IMG/VR virus record: IMGVR_UViG_3300027792_000010
Length of the DNA: 64,000 nucleotides
Strand: one strand, 5' to 3'
From: a virus
This document shows positions 47,117 through 56,729 of the stretch, in pieces (position 1 is the stretch's first letter; every line of letters begins with the position of its first letter). The notes under the pieces are model-generated. The model did not search any database. It was not told where the DNA came from and saw nothing but the letters and a program-made list of their open reading frames with translations. The position numbers were made by a program, and so were the translations under genes.

Positions 47117-47479
47117 TCAAATATTTTTGTTATCATCAGCAGGCATAGTCAGGTCAAGCATATCCAATATACGAAAAAGGGATTCTTTTTCCTGTTCTTT
47201 CTCTTTTGAGGTCTTTATATCAAAAGCTGGAGGAACATAGGACGTAGTAGTATTTGCTTCTGATACCCCAAACATTTCTGTAAGGGCTTCTCTACCCCGA
47301 ATAATGGTTGGATGCTGGTTGGCCTCTTTAATTTCAGAAAGAAGCTCTTCTTTGGTGACCATACCTTTTTGTAGAAGTATCTTCTGAATTGCATAATTAG
47401 TAGCCATTACAGAAGTAACTCTTTTGATCGTGGCTTCCATAAATTTCAAAAGAACATTACTTTCAGAACTGGAGAGCAT
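47117..47479 (-). CDS. hypothetical protein
   Basis: ORF track; GAGG RBS. Confidence 0.65.
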   Translation of the reverse strand: MLSSSESNVLLKFMEATIKRVTSVMATNYAIQKILLQKGMVTKEELLSEIKEANQHPTIIRGREALTEMFGVSEANTTTSYVPPAFDIKTSKEKEQEKESLFRILDMLDLTMPADDNKNI

Positions 47480-47702
47480 AATTACCTCAACATTTTTTTA
47501 TAATTGTTATTCAATAGTGGCTCTTTAGCATAGAAGATTTTGTACTCTAAGATGCCACCGCCAACTACTAACCGAGTCGTGTGAAACTGCTTCGACTCAA
47601 CTTCATTTATAGCGTAGTACTGCATTGCAAAATATCCTTATAATAAGGTTCTCGAAGACTCTCGCAAAAACTGGTATATAACTTTTGACAAATGTGAGCC
47701 GT

Positions 47703-48014
47703 CTACACCAGCACTTCACCGCATTTTGGGCAGTGATTATAACTCGAAGGCCACTCAACCCCACAGCACTCTGGTATAAATGAGGCAATAGGCTTATTAG
47801 ATGCTATAACCGAATCTTTGCCATTTAAGGTAGATAAAGAGTATCCATCTTTTTTACCTTGCTCGCCCCTTGTTAAATGCCATAAAACTCGCTGAGCAGT
47901 AATATCTAATAAAACAGTCATGTGATAGTCAAAATCGTCAGAAACATTATCTTTTGCGAGCAAAACAAATTCGTTAATTGTTTTTATCGCTTTAAAAAGC
48001 TTATTAAAATTCAT
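47703..48014 (-). CDS. cassette-like hypothetical protein with C-terminal CxxC
   Basis: ORF track; ends in a degenerate attC-like fold. Confidence 0.6.
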   Translation of the reverse strand: MNFNKLFKAIKTINEFVLLAKDNVSDDFDYHMTVLLDITAQRVLWHLTRGEQGKKDGYSLSTLNGKDSVIASNKPIASFIPECCGVEWPSSYNHCPKCGEVLV

Positions 48015-48498
48015 AAATCCCCAATTTAAAAGTGGTTATTTCGTGGCTGTTATGGATGGTGCTCACTATTTCCCTTGCTTTTTATTAATGCAATCTTCTC
48101 TTTAAATGCGTCATAGGTATGTCCTGATACACCACCGTGTAATGATAGATAACCTGCTAAAAGTTCAAAGTTAGATATCTCTGATAAAGTCCAGCCCCTA
48201 ACTTTTATATATTTAAACAACATAGAAAAGAAATATCTATAATCTTTTTTAATTTCACGTACCCACCACGGTATCTTATTTTTTCTTAATGCAGACTTCT
48301 ATAGCACGAGGCTGTTGTGCATTGTTTGGATGAATTTCCGTAATTTTAGAGATGCAAGATGATTTATAGCACCATACGTTGTCTGGACATTTTATACCAT
48401 GCTGCTCCCCACAATAACTATAACGAAATGGACACTCTTTCATAAGCACCTCCTATTAAATAAAAACTCAAAAAATTATGTCATGTACTGATAATTAC

Positions 48499-48678
48499 TT
48501 AAGAATAAGTACAAAATACATAATCCTTAATGTAAAGCCGTTCCGAGCTGCGGCTGTTGTGCTCGGCCTGTTGTTCGGTGTGGAGCACAGGTTCTGCCAG
48601 TTTAACGCATCCCGGCTCCTTTAGGCACCGATGCCCTGGACTATAAAGTTTGCCACAATAAATACATGGATGCTGCAT
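48499..48678 (-). CDS. cassette-like small protein MQHPCIYC...
   Basis: AGGAGG RBS; follows an attC-like site. Confidence 0.6.
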   Translation of the reverse strand: MQHPCIYCGKLYSPGHRCLKEPGCVKLAEPVLHTEQQAEHNSRSSERLYIKDYVFCTYS

Positions 48679-48724
48679 TTTACCTCCTGCCGCGCCTATC
48701 TGTAAAGACTCAGCGCAGCATTTC

Positions 48725-48816
48725 TTACAACGTCTCTGCAACTGGTGCTGGAAACGCCTATAATAGAAATCAATCCTTAGTGTCTTGCGTTTCTGGCATC
48801 CCTTGCTGTGTTGGCT
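48725..48816 (-). repeat. attC-like site
   Basis: GCCAAC...AAACGC/GCGTTT...GTTGTAA. Confidence 0.6.
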
Positions 48817-48841
48817 GCTGTCTGCCGGTTCTCCGCAATTT

Positions 48842-49222
48842 TCAGGCGCGGCATCTTCCGTAATCCACATGATGTATTGATTTCTCTTTAGTTGGGCCTA
48901 CGTCATACGTACATGATACGCACCCAAATAAAAAATTACCAGATTTTCCGTGAAGAGCGTCTTCAAGAGTTAACATTTTAGATGGTGGAAACTTTTTATC
49001 TATGGAACTATCACTCCACGAGAGTCCCACTTCTATAAGTTCCCTTATAGGGCAATCCTGTAAAGCCTGACGTGCTTTTCCAAATCCATTAGTTTTTGAT
49101 TTATTAATATTTAGTGTTACGCATAAAAGATTGGGCCATCTCCTCATAATATGAGAATCCTCTATAGAATACCCAGCATCCTTGATAATCTTTAATACTG
49201 TATGTCTGGATTTTAATTTCAT
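48842..49222 (-). CDS. cassette-like hypothetical protein
   Basis: Start moved to MKLKSRH after AAGGA. Confidence 0.6.
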   Translation of the reverse strand: MKLKSRHTVLKIIKDAGYSIEDSHIMRRWPNLLCVTLNINKSKTNGFGKARQALQDCPIRELIEVGLSWSDSSIDKKFPPSKMLTLEDALHGKSGNFLFGCVSCTYDVGPTKEKSIHHVDYGRCRA

Positions 49223-49271
49223 GGTTTCCTTTCTTGCCGCGCCCCACCAGTTCCAAAAACAGGCAGATTTC

Positions 49272-49332
49272 AGCCAACGTGTTTCCGCATTGTGCAGTGA
49301 GCTTTGGCATTGCATAATGCGGCTGTTGTAAG
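49272..49332 (-). repeat. attC-like site
   Basis: TTACAAC-AG-CCGCATT...AATGCGG-AAACAC-GTTGGCT. Confidence 0.7.
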
Positions 49333-49342
49333 ATGTAAATTT

Positions 49343-49597
49343 TTATTCATTAGTGCCTTGCGGCGCGTCTTCGTCTGTAATAATCATATGCACCTTTGGT
49401 TCTCCAATAACGGTTATTTTCCTCTGGTGGTGCTTAATTCCACCAATAACGCTTTCTGCATTGATAAATCGCATCTCTGTTTTGAAATCATCCAACGCTT
49501 GCTTGTGTACCTGAGATACCGACGTGCTACCATCCCACACAGAATCGCCGGGAATTTCTAATTCAACAGTTACTGTTGCACGGACTCTTGTTTTCAT
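49343..49597 (-). CDS. cassette-like hypothetical protein
   Basis: ORF track; bounded by attC-like sites. Confidence 0.65.
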   Translation of the reverse strand: MKTRVRATVTVELEIPGDSVWDGSTSVSQVHKQALDDFKTEMRFINAESVIGGIKHHQRKITVIGEPKVHMIITDEDAPQGTNE

Positions 49598-49637
49598 CTT
49601 AGCGCCGCCTATAATTTAAGGTTTAAAAATTTATTTC

Positions 49638-49776
49638 TTACAACGTTTACTAAACGGCTGATAGTTTTGCGTCGATCTGCTCCAAAAGCCCCTTGACACT
49701 ACCCATATCATCAGCACACGCACACTGTTTGGTACGCTGAATAAGCAGCAAAATTTCAGCCTTTAGCTGTTGTAGG
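49638..49776 (-). repeat. attC-like site overlapping an ORF C-terminus
   Basis: CTACAAC-AG-CTAAA-GGCTGA...TCAGCC-G-TTTAG-TAAAC-GTTGTAA with an extrahelical G. Confidence 0.7.
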
Positions 49777-49895
49777 CTGTTACCGTTTTCTTCCACTGAT
49801 TTTATGGCGGCATCCCATATATTTTGAGACCCCGGTTGAAAACTGTGTTTTGCGTACCATTCGCTACGGAACTCATCCAATGTTTTGGCCGCCAT
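49650..49895 (-). CDS. cassette-like hypothetical protein
   Basis: GGAGG RBS at MAAKT. Confidence 0.65.
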   Translation of the reverse strand: MAAKTLDEFRSEWYAKHSFQPGSQNIWDAAIKSVEENGNSLQQLKAEILLLIQRTKQCACADDMGSVKGLLEQIDAKLSAV

Positions 49896-49924
49896 GTTAT
49901 ACCTCCAGAAAAAACGGTAATTGA

Positions 49925-50061
49925 CTACAACGGTTGACAAATGGCAGTAGTTTGCCCTACCACCAAAAATCGCAATACTCACAATGTTTAGACCCATTAC
50001 GCATATCCTTACCTTCACCAGAGCAATTAGGGCAAATTATTGCCTTTGTTTGTTGTTGGCT
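49925..50061 (-). repeat. attC-like site overlapping an ORF C-terminus
   Basis: GCCAAC...GGCA..TTTGCCCTA/TAGGGCAAA..TGCC...GTTGTAG. Confidence 0.65.
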
Positions 50062-50187
50062 GTTAAAATTTTCTTCCAATGGTTTTAAAGGCGAAGGCTT
50101 ACAATTCCTTTCCTCTTCAAAATCTGGCATTGGCGAATTTCTAAATGTTTCTTTAAGACGCTTTTTTATCTCTTCTGAGCCTGACAT
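49957..50187 (-). CDS. cassette-like small protein with CxxC pairs
   Basis: CPNC...CEYC; AAGGA RBS. Confidence 0.6.
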   Translation of the reverse strand: MSGSEEIKKRLKETFRNSPMPDFEEERNCKPSPLKPLEENFNSQQQTKAIICPNCSGEGKDMRNGSKHCEYCDFWW

Positions 50188-50227
50188 ATAATATCCTTTC
50201 AAAATTTTAATGGCCTACAACTATCTA

Positions 50228-50467
50228 TTATACGACAGTACCTTGTGTAACTCTTTGATTTTCTTTTAGATAAAATTTTTGAAATTTTCCTGTTATTCTA
50301 CTTAAAGGATAGCCGTCTTGTATTAAAGCTCTAATTACAGCATATCTAATATATTTAGAACGTGAAATTTTTAATTTTCTGCCTTGATGCTCACACCCAT
50401 AAGCTAAAATAGGCTCCAGATAAATCTTATAATCACACCGTATTTTATCAGATAATTTTGCTATCAT
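50228..50467 (-). CDS. ribbon-helix-helix-like protein
   Basis: ISRSKYIRYAV pattern; promoter upstream. Confidence 0.55.
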   Translation of the reverse strand: MIAKLSDKIRCDYKIYLEPILAYGCEHQGRKLKISRSKYIRYAVIRALIQDGYPLSRITGKFQKFYLKENQRVTQGTVV

Positions 50468-50508
50468 ACATATAATATACTTTTTTGAAAGACTTTTATA
50501 AAAAATTA

Positions 50509-50877
50509 TTATTCAAAAATCTTAAAGAGTTGTGGGGATGCTGTAGCTATATGCTTAGGAAGGTCTGTAAATTCTATAGGAGTAATTGTATATAGATTCA
50601 TGTTAACATAATCCAATCTGAAATACTCTATTTCCTCACCAAACCATTTATTCAGAGGAACATATTGTCTTCGCATTCTTTTTTTATGAAAAGTCTTTAG
50701 TATAGATTTTCTGTTTGGATTAGATAGCACTTTAAATCTGATATGATCCTTATAGAAATGAGTAAGCTGTACGGGTATACCAGAAATCTCACTATCATTC
50801 TTTCTAAACATATAAAAGGATTCTCTTTTAAGACCATGAATCTCTGGGTGTAAAATAAGGGCAATATTGTACTTCAT
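50509..50877 (-). CDS. hypothetical protein
   Basis: AAGGAG RBS. Confidence 0.65.
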   Translation of the reverse strand: MKYNIALILHPEIHGLKRESFYMFRKNDSEISGIPVQLTHFYKDHIRFKVLSNPNRKSILKTFHKKRMRRQYVPLNKWFGEEIEYFRLDYVNMNLYTITPIEFTDLPKHIATASPQLFKIFE

Positions 50878-51049
50878 AAGCTCTCCTTAAAATAAGAGCC
50901 GGACTAATCCGGCTTCATATACCTTTGTTGCACTATTAATTTATAACTCAGTTTGAGTATTTTGCCACCCTACCCCTCGATTAGTCTATAAAGGCCGAAG
51001 GACATATCTACAGTAGAGCAATTGGCTACACGCTACATACCCTCCTCCT

Positions 51050-52336
51050 TTATTTAGTGAATGGAAATATAGAAGATAGTGCCGATCTCCTGTTCAAGGA
51101 GGACGGACTATGGTTATTATCGTCAAGATCGTAGTGATCATCACTTGGAATTGTTATCTTTTTGCCCCACGGAACAGAACAGTATTTATTATCAATCAGT
51201 ATCCAAATAACTTCTTTTACACCTATAGGATACTCTACAGTATCCCCCTGACCATCTGTAAGCATAATCAAAGCATTGTATCTACCTTTCACAGCCACAT
51301 CCATAGTAGGTTTGAAAGAAGTCCCACCTCTTCCATGCATCTCAAATTTGATAGCTTTATGCTCAAAAGGTTCAGGCCCGTATGATAAGGCAGCATCATG
51401 CATAACAAGATCTACGGCATAGTGCTCTCTGATAGCATTTACCTCTGCAAGTATTTGAGAAAGCTGTACGTCACTTACCGAGGCTGAGGTATCTACACTT
51501 ACTAGTACCCTATCCATATATTGAGGGCGCATGCCTGGAAAAGGCCATCCATACCGTCTATCAAAAGTCTTTAGATATGGGGTGTTTTTTGCAGATACCA
51601 TCATACCAAGGTACTGTCTTAGTTGATTCTGCCATTGTACTTTAGACCTCTGAGCAGCTCTTATGATAGACTGGCAGTTAGAGGGGACTTTTCCCCATAC
51701 TGCTTCATCCTTCATTAGCTTCTGTACAAGAGACCTTATCTCTGCTTGCGCAGCAGGGCATTCATCCCAATTATCGTGGGTATCAAAACTACCACCCTTT
51801 CCATCTCCGTACCCTATACCAATCTGTGGAAACTGATCATCTTTCAATAGCTTGAAATAGTACTCTAATGGCATATTTTCAGGGAATGGCTTCTTTTTTC
51901 CTAAAGAATCAACTTCATCTAAGTGATAATCGGAAGGTCGTATCCCTTTAAACTTACCCTCAGGCATTTTTCTATAGGTACCATCTGTGAGAATGGAGTT
52001 GATAGCGAGATCCCCCGCTATGTTATGCTTACGTCTACGTGTGACCTCTTCTGACTTTCTATGGGTGCAATGCCCCAGTACAACATGGTAGGTTTCATGT
52101 GTTAGGATATAGCGTACATAAGCGTCATTAAGATTGGAAAGTTCCTTTATAAATTCTGGGTTATAGGTAAGGACGATCTTATTACTGCCCTTTTCTACAT
52201 ATACCCCCATAGTATCTATTTTCGTTGACGGTACTTTCTCTAACCGAAGAAGTATCCGATGTACGAAAGGATCTGATGTAACGAGGAACTGGAGGTTGTA
52301 ATCCAGTATGTCTTCTCCTGTTATACCCTTCTTCAT
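51050..52336 (-). CDS. metallopeptidase-like (HExxH) plus VWA-like domain protein (DUF2201 type)
   Basis: HETYH, AGDLAINS, VDTSASV MIDAS, GRGGTSF, LTDG. Confidence 0.88.
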   Translation of the reverse strand: MKKGITGEDILDYNLQFLVTSDPFVHRILLRLEKVPSTKIDTMGVYVEKGSNKIVLTYNPEFIKELSNLNDAYVRYILTHETYHVVLGHCTHRKSEEVTRRRKHNIAGDLAINSILTDGTYRKMPEGKFKGIRPSDYHLDEVDSLGKKKPFPENMPLEYYFKLLKDDQFPQIGIGYGDGKGGSFDTHDNWDECPAAQAEIRSLVQKLMKDEAVWGKVPSNCQSIIRAAQRSKVQWQNQLRQYLGMMVSAKNTPYLKTFDRRYGWPFPGMRPQYMDRVLVSVDTSASVSDVQLSQILAEVNAIREHYAVDLVMHDAALSYGPEPFEHKAIKFEMHGRGGTSFKPTMDVAVKGRYNALIMLTDGQGDTVEYPIGVKEVIWILIDNKYCSVPWGKKITIPSDDHYDLDDNNHSPSSLNRRSALSSIFPFTK

Positions 52337-53547
52337 TTCACTTCCTTCGGCTTCATCATTGTATTTATGATCATAGCCACTACTTTGTCGTCACCATCAT
52401 ACCAAGCATCAGCAACATCTCTATTTTTGCTGTTAAAGTTGGTCCAAAAATTCATTAGTATCTCTCTAGGAAGAAGAGTACAAAACTTAAAAAGATTGTC
52501 CGATTGTTTCTTATCAAGTTTTTTCTTTGTTTTTAGAGTCAATTCTATAATTTTATCGTTATAATAGGATAACTCTACTGCCCTTCCACCATCATTAACA
52601 AGAGATTTGATTTGTTCTTCTACCTTATTATCCCATCCATTAATAATCATCTCTGCTGTGAGAGCCTTATATTCTGTGACCACATAGTTCCTCCAAACTT
52701 CCCCGGCATCATCCCCGACGTGGGCGCAAGCAACTTTCAATATAGCAGTTTCTGAAACCTTATCAGACTTATCAATGGGATGTCTTGGCCTTCTTCCCTG
52801 AAGAAAGTCCTGTTCCAACTTTTTGATCGTCATTGAGAGTTTTTCCCAGGCACGTCTGTCATGGACCTTTTTACCTAAGTGCGCCTTAAGAAAGTCATCG
52901 GTAGGGTCCAACCATTCATAATCATTAGCTTTGTGAAATTCTATGATTGAATCATGCACTCCTGCTTCTTTGTAGTACGCCATAGCCTCCTCATGAGAAG
53001 GAGCAAAGTCTAAGTATGCAAAACGGGACATAATAGCAGATTCCATGACCTGTGCTCTATATATCTCCATGTTTGAGTTAATGGCTGAAATCACTCTCCA
53101 ACCATCTGGCATCCTAAAACCGTTCAGAGTCTTCTCTTCGATAAGCTGCATACCCATCTGTTGGATTTCCATGATGGCCCTGTTCCACTCATCAAGAAAC
53201 AGATACCCGTTTTCTCCGAACTCCCCGATAGAAATTTTCTTTGTTACATTGCCGAATAGGATGCGGAGTCTTTCATTATCATCTGACCTGAGAGGAAACC
53301 AATCGGGCGGAGCAAATACAGTTCTACCATCGACTTGATAGGGCATCCCTATGATATCACCAGCCATCTTTTGACTGAGCCGGAGAACTATAACGGGACA
53401 AGGTTCTCCGATAATTTGGCTGCGGACTTTACCTGCCTTGTAACAGCATGAGGTTTTACCCAAACCTTGGTTGCCTCCAAGCATGATACTGATATCAAGG
53501 GGCCAATTGACTATGGCATCGAGACTTTCTTCAAATGTCATTTCCAT
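52333..53547 (-). CDS. MoxR-like AAA+ ATPase
   Basis: GNQGLGKT, FLDEWNRA; adjacent to the VWA partner. Confidence 0.88.
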   Translation of the reverse strand: MEMTFEESLDAIVNWPLDISIMLGGNQGLGKTSCCYKAGKVRSQIIGEPCPVIVLRLSQKMAGDIIGMPYQVDGRTVFAPPDWFPLRSDDNERLRILFGNVTKKISIGEFGENGYLFLDEWNRAIMEIQQMGMQLIEEKTLNGFRMPDGWRVISAINSNMEIYRAQVMESAIMSRFAYLDFAPSHEEAMAYYKEAGVHDSIIEFHKANDYEWLDPTDDFLKAHLGKKVHDRRAWEKLSMTIKKLEQDFLQGRRPRHPIDKSDKVSETAILKVACAHVGDDAGEVWRNYVVTEYKALTAEMIINGWDNKVEEQIKSLVNDGGRAVELSYYNDKIIELTLKTKKKLDKKQSDNLFKFCTLLPREILMNFWTNFNSKNRDVADAWYDGDDKVVAMIINTMMKPKEVK

Positions 53548-53625
53548 GCTAACGTTTCTCCTTCTACGGTGATATTCCCTTCTGCAGTAATATACTTTTT
53601 TAGAAAAAGATTAGCAAGTAAAAAG

Positions 53626-54813
53626 TTAATTAAAAAATGAGCCCACCCAATCAGAGGATTCTTTTTTATACGCCTGAGTAGATAGTGCTTGAAAAATCAT
53701 ACCTAAGTTAGACCAATCAACAAGATTATCCGATAATATTTCTTTTAGTGTTTTTACTTCTACATATGTTCTTTCTGTATCCTCTTCTACACCGTGAATA
53801 TTTTTATCATTTTTCATCTCATTAATTTCTTTATCAGTAAGTTCTACTTTATATAGAAAAGACTTGTGACTGCTTAGAGTTGCTACTAATTGTCTACTTT
53901 CTAGTTTTTCTAACCTATTTTTATTTATTTTTAATCCTGTCTCTTCTTCTAATTCATGTACTATAACTTCTGACATAGATTCTGTACTATCTTTTGATGA
54001 TCCGCCAGGTATCTCATATACATAACCTTCTTTATTAGACACAGTGGTTCTAAATTCTTTAATAAGTAATATTTCTGTACTAAAAATATCATAACTAGGT
54101 TTGTAGGCTACTAAAGAAGATATATTTGTTCTTGAAAAAACAAACTCATTTGTTTTTTGTCTTTTTTCTTTAGTAATATAGATGTCTGCGTGTAATATGT
54201 AGCTAAGTAGTAATTCCTTATTTTTGCCTACTTTAAAAACCCACTCTAAGTAAGCACTTTCAAGTCTGTTTCCTCCTGCTTTAAGGTCACTATACCAGCT
54301 TTTAAATTGATTAGATTTCCATACTTGTATAGGTATAAACCTTTCTCCATCTTTCCTATAACTACCATCACCTATATAGTTTAAAACAGAATTTATAGTT
54401 TCTTCTAAAGTATTTTCTATTGGTACCTTGTATTTTTTAGCCTTATAGTCTAGGTACCTCATTTTATAAGCATCTTTAGGATAACCTAAAATAACCTTAC
54501 CAGATTTCATCCACTCTCCAAATTCTACATTAGTAGTAAAACCTGGAAGTTTTTCATTACGAGGTACCCAAAATAGTATACAATCAGCCATGTTAAGACA
54601 AGTCTGCTCCCATTCTATTTGGTCTTTATAATCTCCTTTAAAAGGTTCTGGTATAAAAACTACTCCATCATAGCCTTTTCTATTTAATATATTACAGGTT
54701 TCTTTTCTCCAATCCGTAATATCTTCTATACTGTCTCTGCTTGAGGGGCCTGCTAAAAAAATTGACTTGCTCCAGCTTTCTGGTATTTTGTCTTTTGTTG
54801 TTATTATTTTCAT
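53626..54813 (-). CDS. nucleoside 2-deoxyribosyltransferase-like / NUDIX hydrolase fusion
   Basis: SIFLAGPS...QIEWE...TNVEFG; EIPGG...HELEEETG. Confidence 0.8.
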   Translation of the reverse strand: MKIITTKDKIPESWSKSIFLAGPSSRDSIEDITDWRKETCNILNRKGYDGVVFIPEPFKGDYKDQIEWEQTCLNMADCILFWVPRNEKLPGFTTNVEFGEWMKSGKVILGYPKDAYKMRYLDYKAKKYKVPIENTLEETINSVLNYIGDGSYRKDGERFIPIQVWKSNQFKSWYSDLKAGGNRLESAYLEWVFKVGKNKELLLSYILHADIYITKEKRQKTNEFVFSRTNISSLVAYKPSYDIFSTEILLIKEFRTTVSNKEGYVYEIPGGSSKDSTESMSEVIVHELEEETGLKINKNRLEKLESRQLVATLSSHKSFLYKVELTDKEINEMKNDKNIHGVEEDTERTYVEVKTLKEILSDNLVDWSNLGMIFQALSTQAYKKESSDWVGSFFN

Positions 54814-54823
54814 ACTATCTCCT

Positions 54824-55438
54824 TTATAATAGTTTCTGATAAAGAACTTCATTATCTTTACAATAATTTTTTAGTTTATCTAACCATGCCTGAGTTTTGC
54901 ATTTAAACATTCTCGGCATCTCAAACTTCTTTTCTTTCTTTATTTTACATACCAACCCTTCAAAGGTGATCCCAGGCAACTCACTCTTACGGACCTGCTG
55001 CTCTATCTCACGATTAAAGTTACCCCGGAATAGCAGCTTAGCTATATCCAAATGCCCGAACAGCCTAAGGAAATCATCAGGGCCTAGTATCCCTTGTTTA
55101 TAGGGGCTTACATCTATTAAATTCATTATGTGGGGCTCGTTAACATGCTGACCTGCAAAAGAGTTCGGTCCCCAAAATTCAAAGAAAGCCACAGCACTTT
55201 CATATCTCTGCTTAGTGAAGATATCGCTGAGATCTTTTTCCCAGTTACCTTTTATCAAAGGTATAGCTTCGCCCAGATGAGGATGATCCTCACCGAGGAG
55301 TTGGTGACGAGTCCCGAACTTGTAGAATGCTTTTTTCTTGGACCACTCTACACGGATATTGGACCCATCCAACTTATCAAAACCATAAACCAAGGTACCG
55401 TGCTGTTGGTCACGACTTAGCGATGGATATTCCTTCAT
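54824..55438 (-). CDS. RNA ligase-like nucleotidyltransferase
   Basis: FDKLDGSNIR (KxDG), FFEF, FEGLV, FKCK. Confidence 0.72.
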   Translation of the reverse strand: MKEYPSLSRDQQHGTLVYGFDKLDGSNIRVEWSKKKAFYKFGTRHQLLGEDHPHLGEAIPLIKGNWEKDLSDIFTKQRYESAVAFFEFWGPNSFAGQHVNEPHIMNLIDVSPYKQGILGPDDFLRLFGHLDIAKLLFRGNFNREIEQQVRKSELPGITFEGLVCKIKKEKKFEMPRMFKCKTQAWLDKLKNYCKDNEVLYQKLL

Positions 55439-55444
55439 GTACTC

Positions 55445-55597
55445 TTAAATCCTATCTTGGGGTGAATATACTTCATAATACCTGTCCCAATCAAAGGTAC
55501 ATGGTTTTGTACTTCCTAAGGGATCATCTGCAAACCATTCATATCTTAACAGATCACATAGTCCCCTAGTATTATCATCTTCTATGCTTTCATACAT
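55445..55597 (-). CDS. 50-aa protein with WFADDPL variant motif
   Basis: MYESIEDDNTRGLCDLLRYEWFADDPLG... Confidence 0.5.
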   Translation of the reverse strand: MYESIEDDNTRGLCDLLRYEWFADDPLGSTKPCTFDWDRYYEVYSPQDRI

Positions 55598-55608
55598 ACA
55601 TAATCCGG

Positions 55609-56238
55609 TCATGCACATACTATAATCTTTTTGTCTATCTTTTGAAATACCCAGAAGTAGCTATGAAATTTTCGTGCATGTTTCTGACTACGTAACTGCC
55701 AGTCCGCTACTATTCGATTTTTTGCCAATAGTATGAAAAGGTCTTTAGCATACCAACCCTTCTCTATGGCTTTATCATGTATGAAGCAGTGACAGAAATA
55801 TTGCTTCCCACTACTTACTTTATCCTGACATTTGAATATTAATATTCCATCTTTTTTACAAACCCTATACAACTCAGATAGAGCTTTGTTGTAGAACTCG
55901 TGGAGTGCCTTCTCATTAGGGTACACCCCGAATCTTTTGTTTATCTTATTGCTATCATTATCTTTTTTCAAAGACCCCCCTGTAGTAGCCAAGAATGGAG
56001 GATCAAACATAATTACTTCTACAGATTCATCCGGTAGAGGAAGACTCTCGGCATTAGCTTGTCTGACTCCCTCAATCTGTGGGTCTATATCAAACTTGAA
56101 CTTTGGAGGATTGAGACCTTGCTTATAGAAGTTTCCTTTGCTATAAGTAGGGTCTAGCTCTATGTCCTTCCCACCGCAGTGAAGGCTAAGTAGTGCGCGT
56201 AATAATAGTTGTTCATTATTGTATGTACTTTTAACCAT
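55609..56238 (-). CDS. putative N6-adenine/N4-cytosine DNA methyltransferase
   Basis: LDPTYSKG SAM-binding-like motif and FDPPF catalytic motif. Confidence 0.75.
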   Translation of the reverse strand: MVKSTYNNEQLLLRALLSLHCGGKDIELDPTYSKGNFYKQGLNPPKFKFDIDPQIEGVRQANAESLPLPDESVEVIMFDPPFLATTGGSLKKDNDSNKINKRFGVYPNEKALHEFYNKALSELYRVCKKDGILIFKCQDKVSSGKQYFCHCFIHDKAIEKGWYAKDLFILLAKNRIVADWQLRSQKHARKFHSYFWVFQKIDKKIIVCA

Positions 56239-56239
56239 A

Positions 56240-56473
56240 TTAGTATTTTCCTGTCTTTTCCGTTATCGTATCTAAATTAATAGGGAAAGATACCTCTTCT
56301 TCTTCTGGGCCATCAGGAACCTCGCATCCTATGTAAAAGGTACCGAAGGGATCATCAGCTTCCCATATCCCTTTTGCTGCCAAGTATGCCCATTTGCGAG
56401 AATGAGGATGTAAGCATTCTCCTACACTATCTCCAGAGCTAACTTCCCACCTGCATCTACCTGTATAGCACAT
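56240..56473 (-). CDS. small Cys protein with WEADDPF variant motif
   Basis: MCYTGRC...IWEADDPFG. Confidence 0.6.
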   Translation of the reverse strand: MCYTGRCRWEVSSGDSVGECLHPHSRKWAYLAAKGIWEADDPFGTFYIGCEVPDGPEEEEVSFPINLDTITEKTGKY

Positions 56474-56477
56474 CTTG

Positions 56478-56729
56478 TTATCTATTTTTAAAATCAGGGC
56501 ATAAATCTGCTACTGTATAACCTAATTCCATAAATTCATTTTCTCCATCTCCTGACCATATATGAATATCAGAATATATCTTACATCTTCTGTTTGGCAT
56601 TGAACCAAATTGCATATAATAACAATTAAACATGCAGCTTTTGTGCTCTAAAGTTGGATTTTTAAAATCTACCGGGGCATTATGCCAGTAAGTATTATAA
56701 GGATCTTCTGATCGTATTATTTTAAACAT
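56478..56729 (-). CDS. hypothetical protein
   Basis: ORF track. Confidence 0.55.
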   Translation of the reverse strand: MFKIIRSEDPYNTYWHNAPVDFKNPTLEHKSCMFNCYYMQFGSMPNRRCKIYSDIHIWSGDGENEFMELGYTVADLCPDFKNR

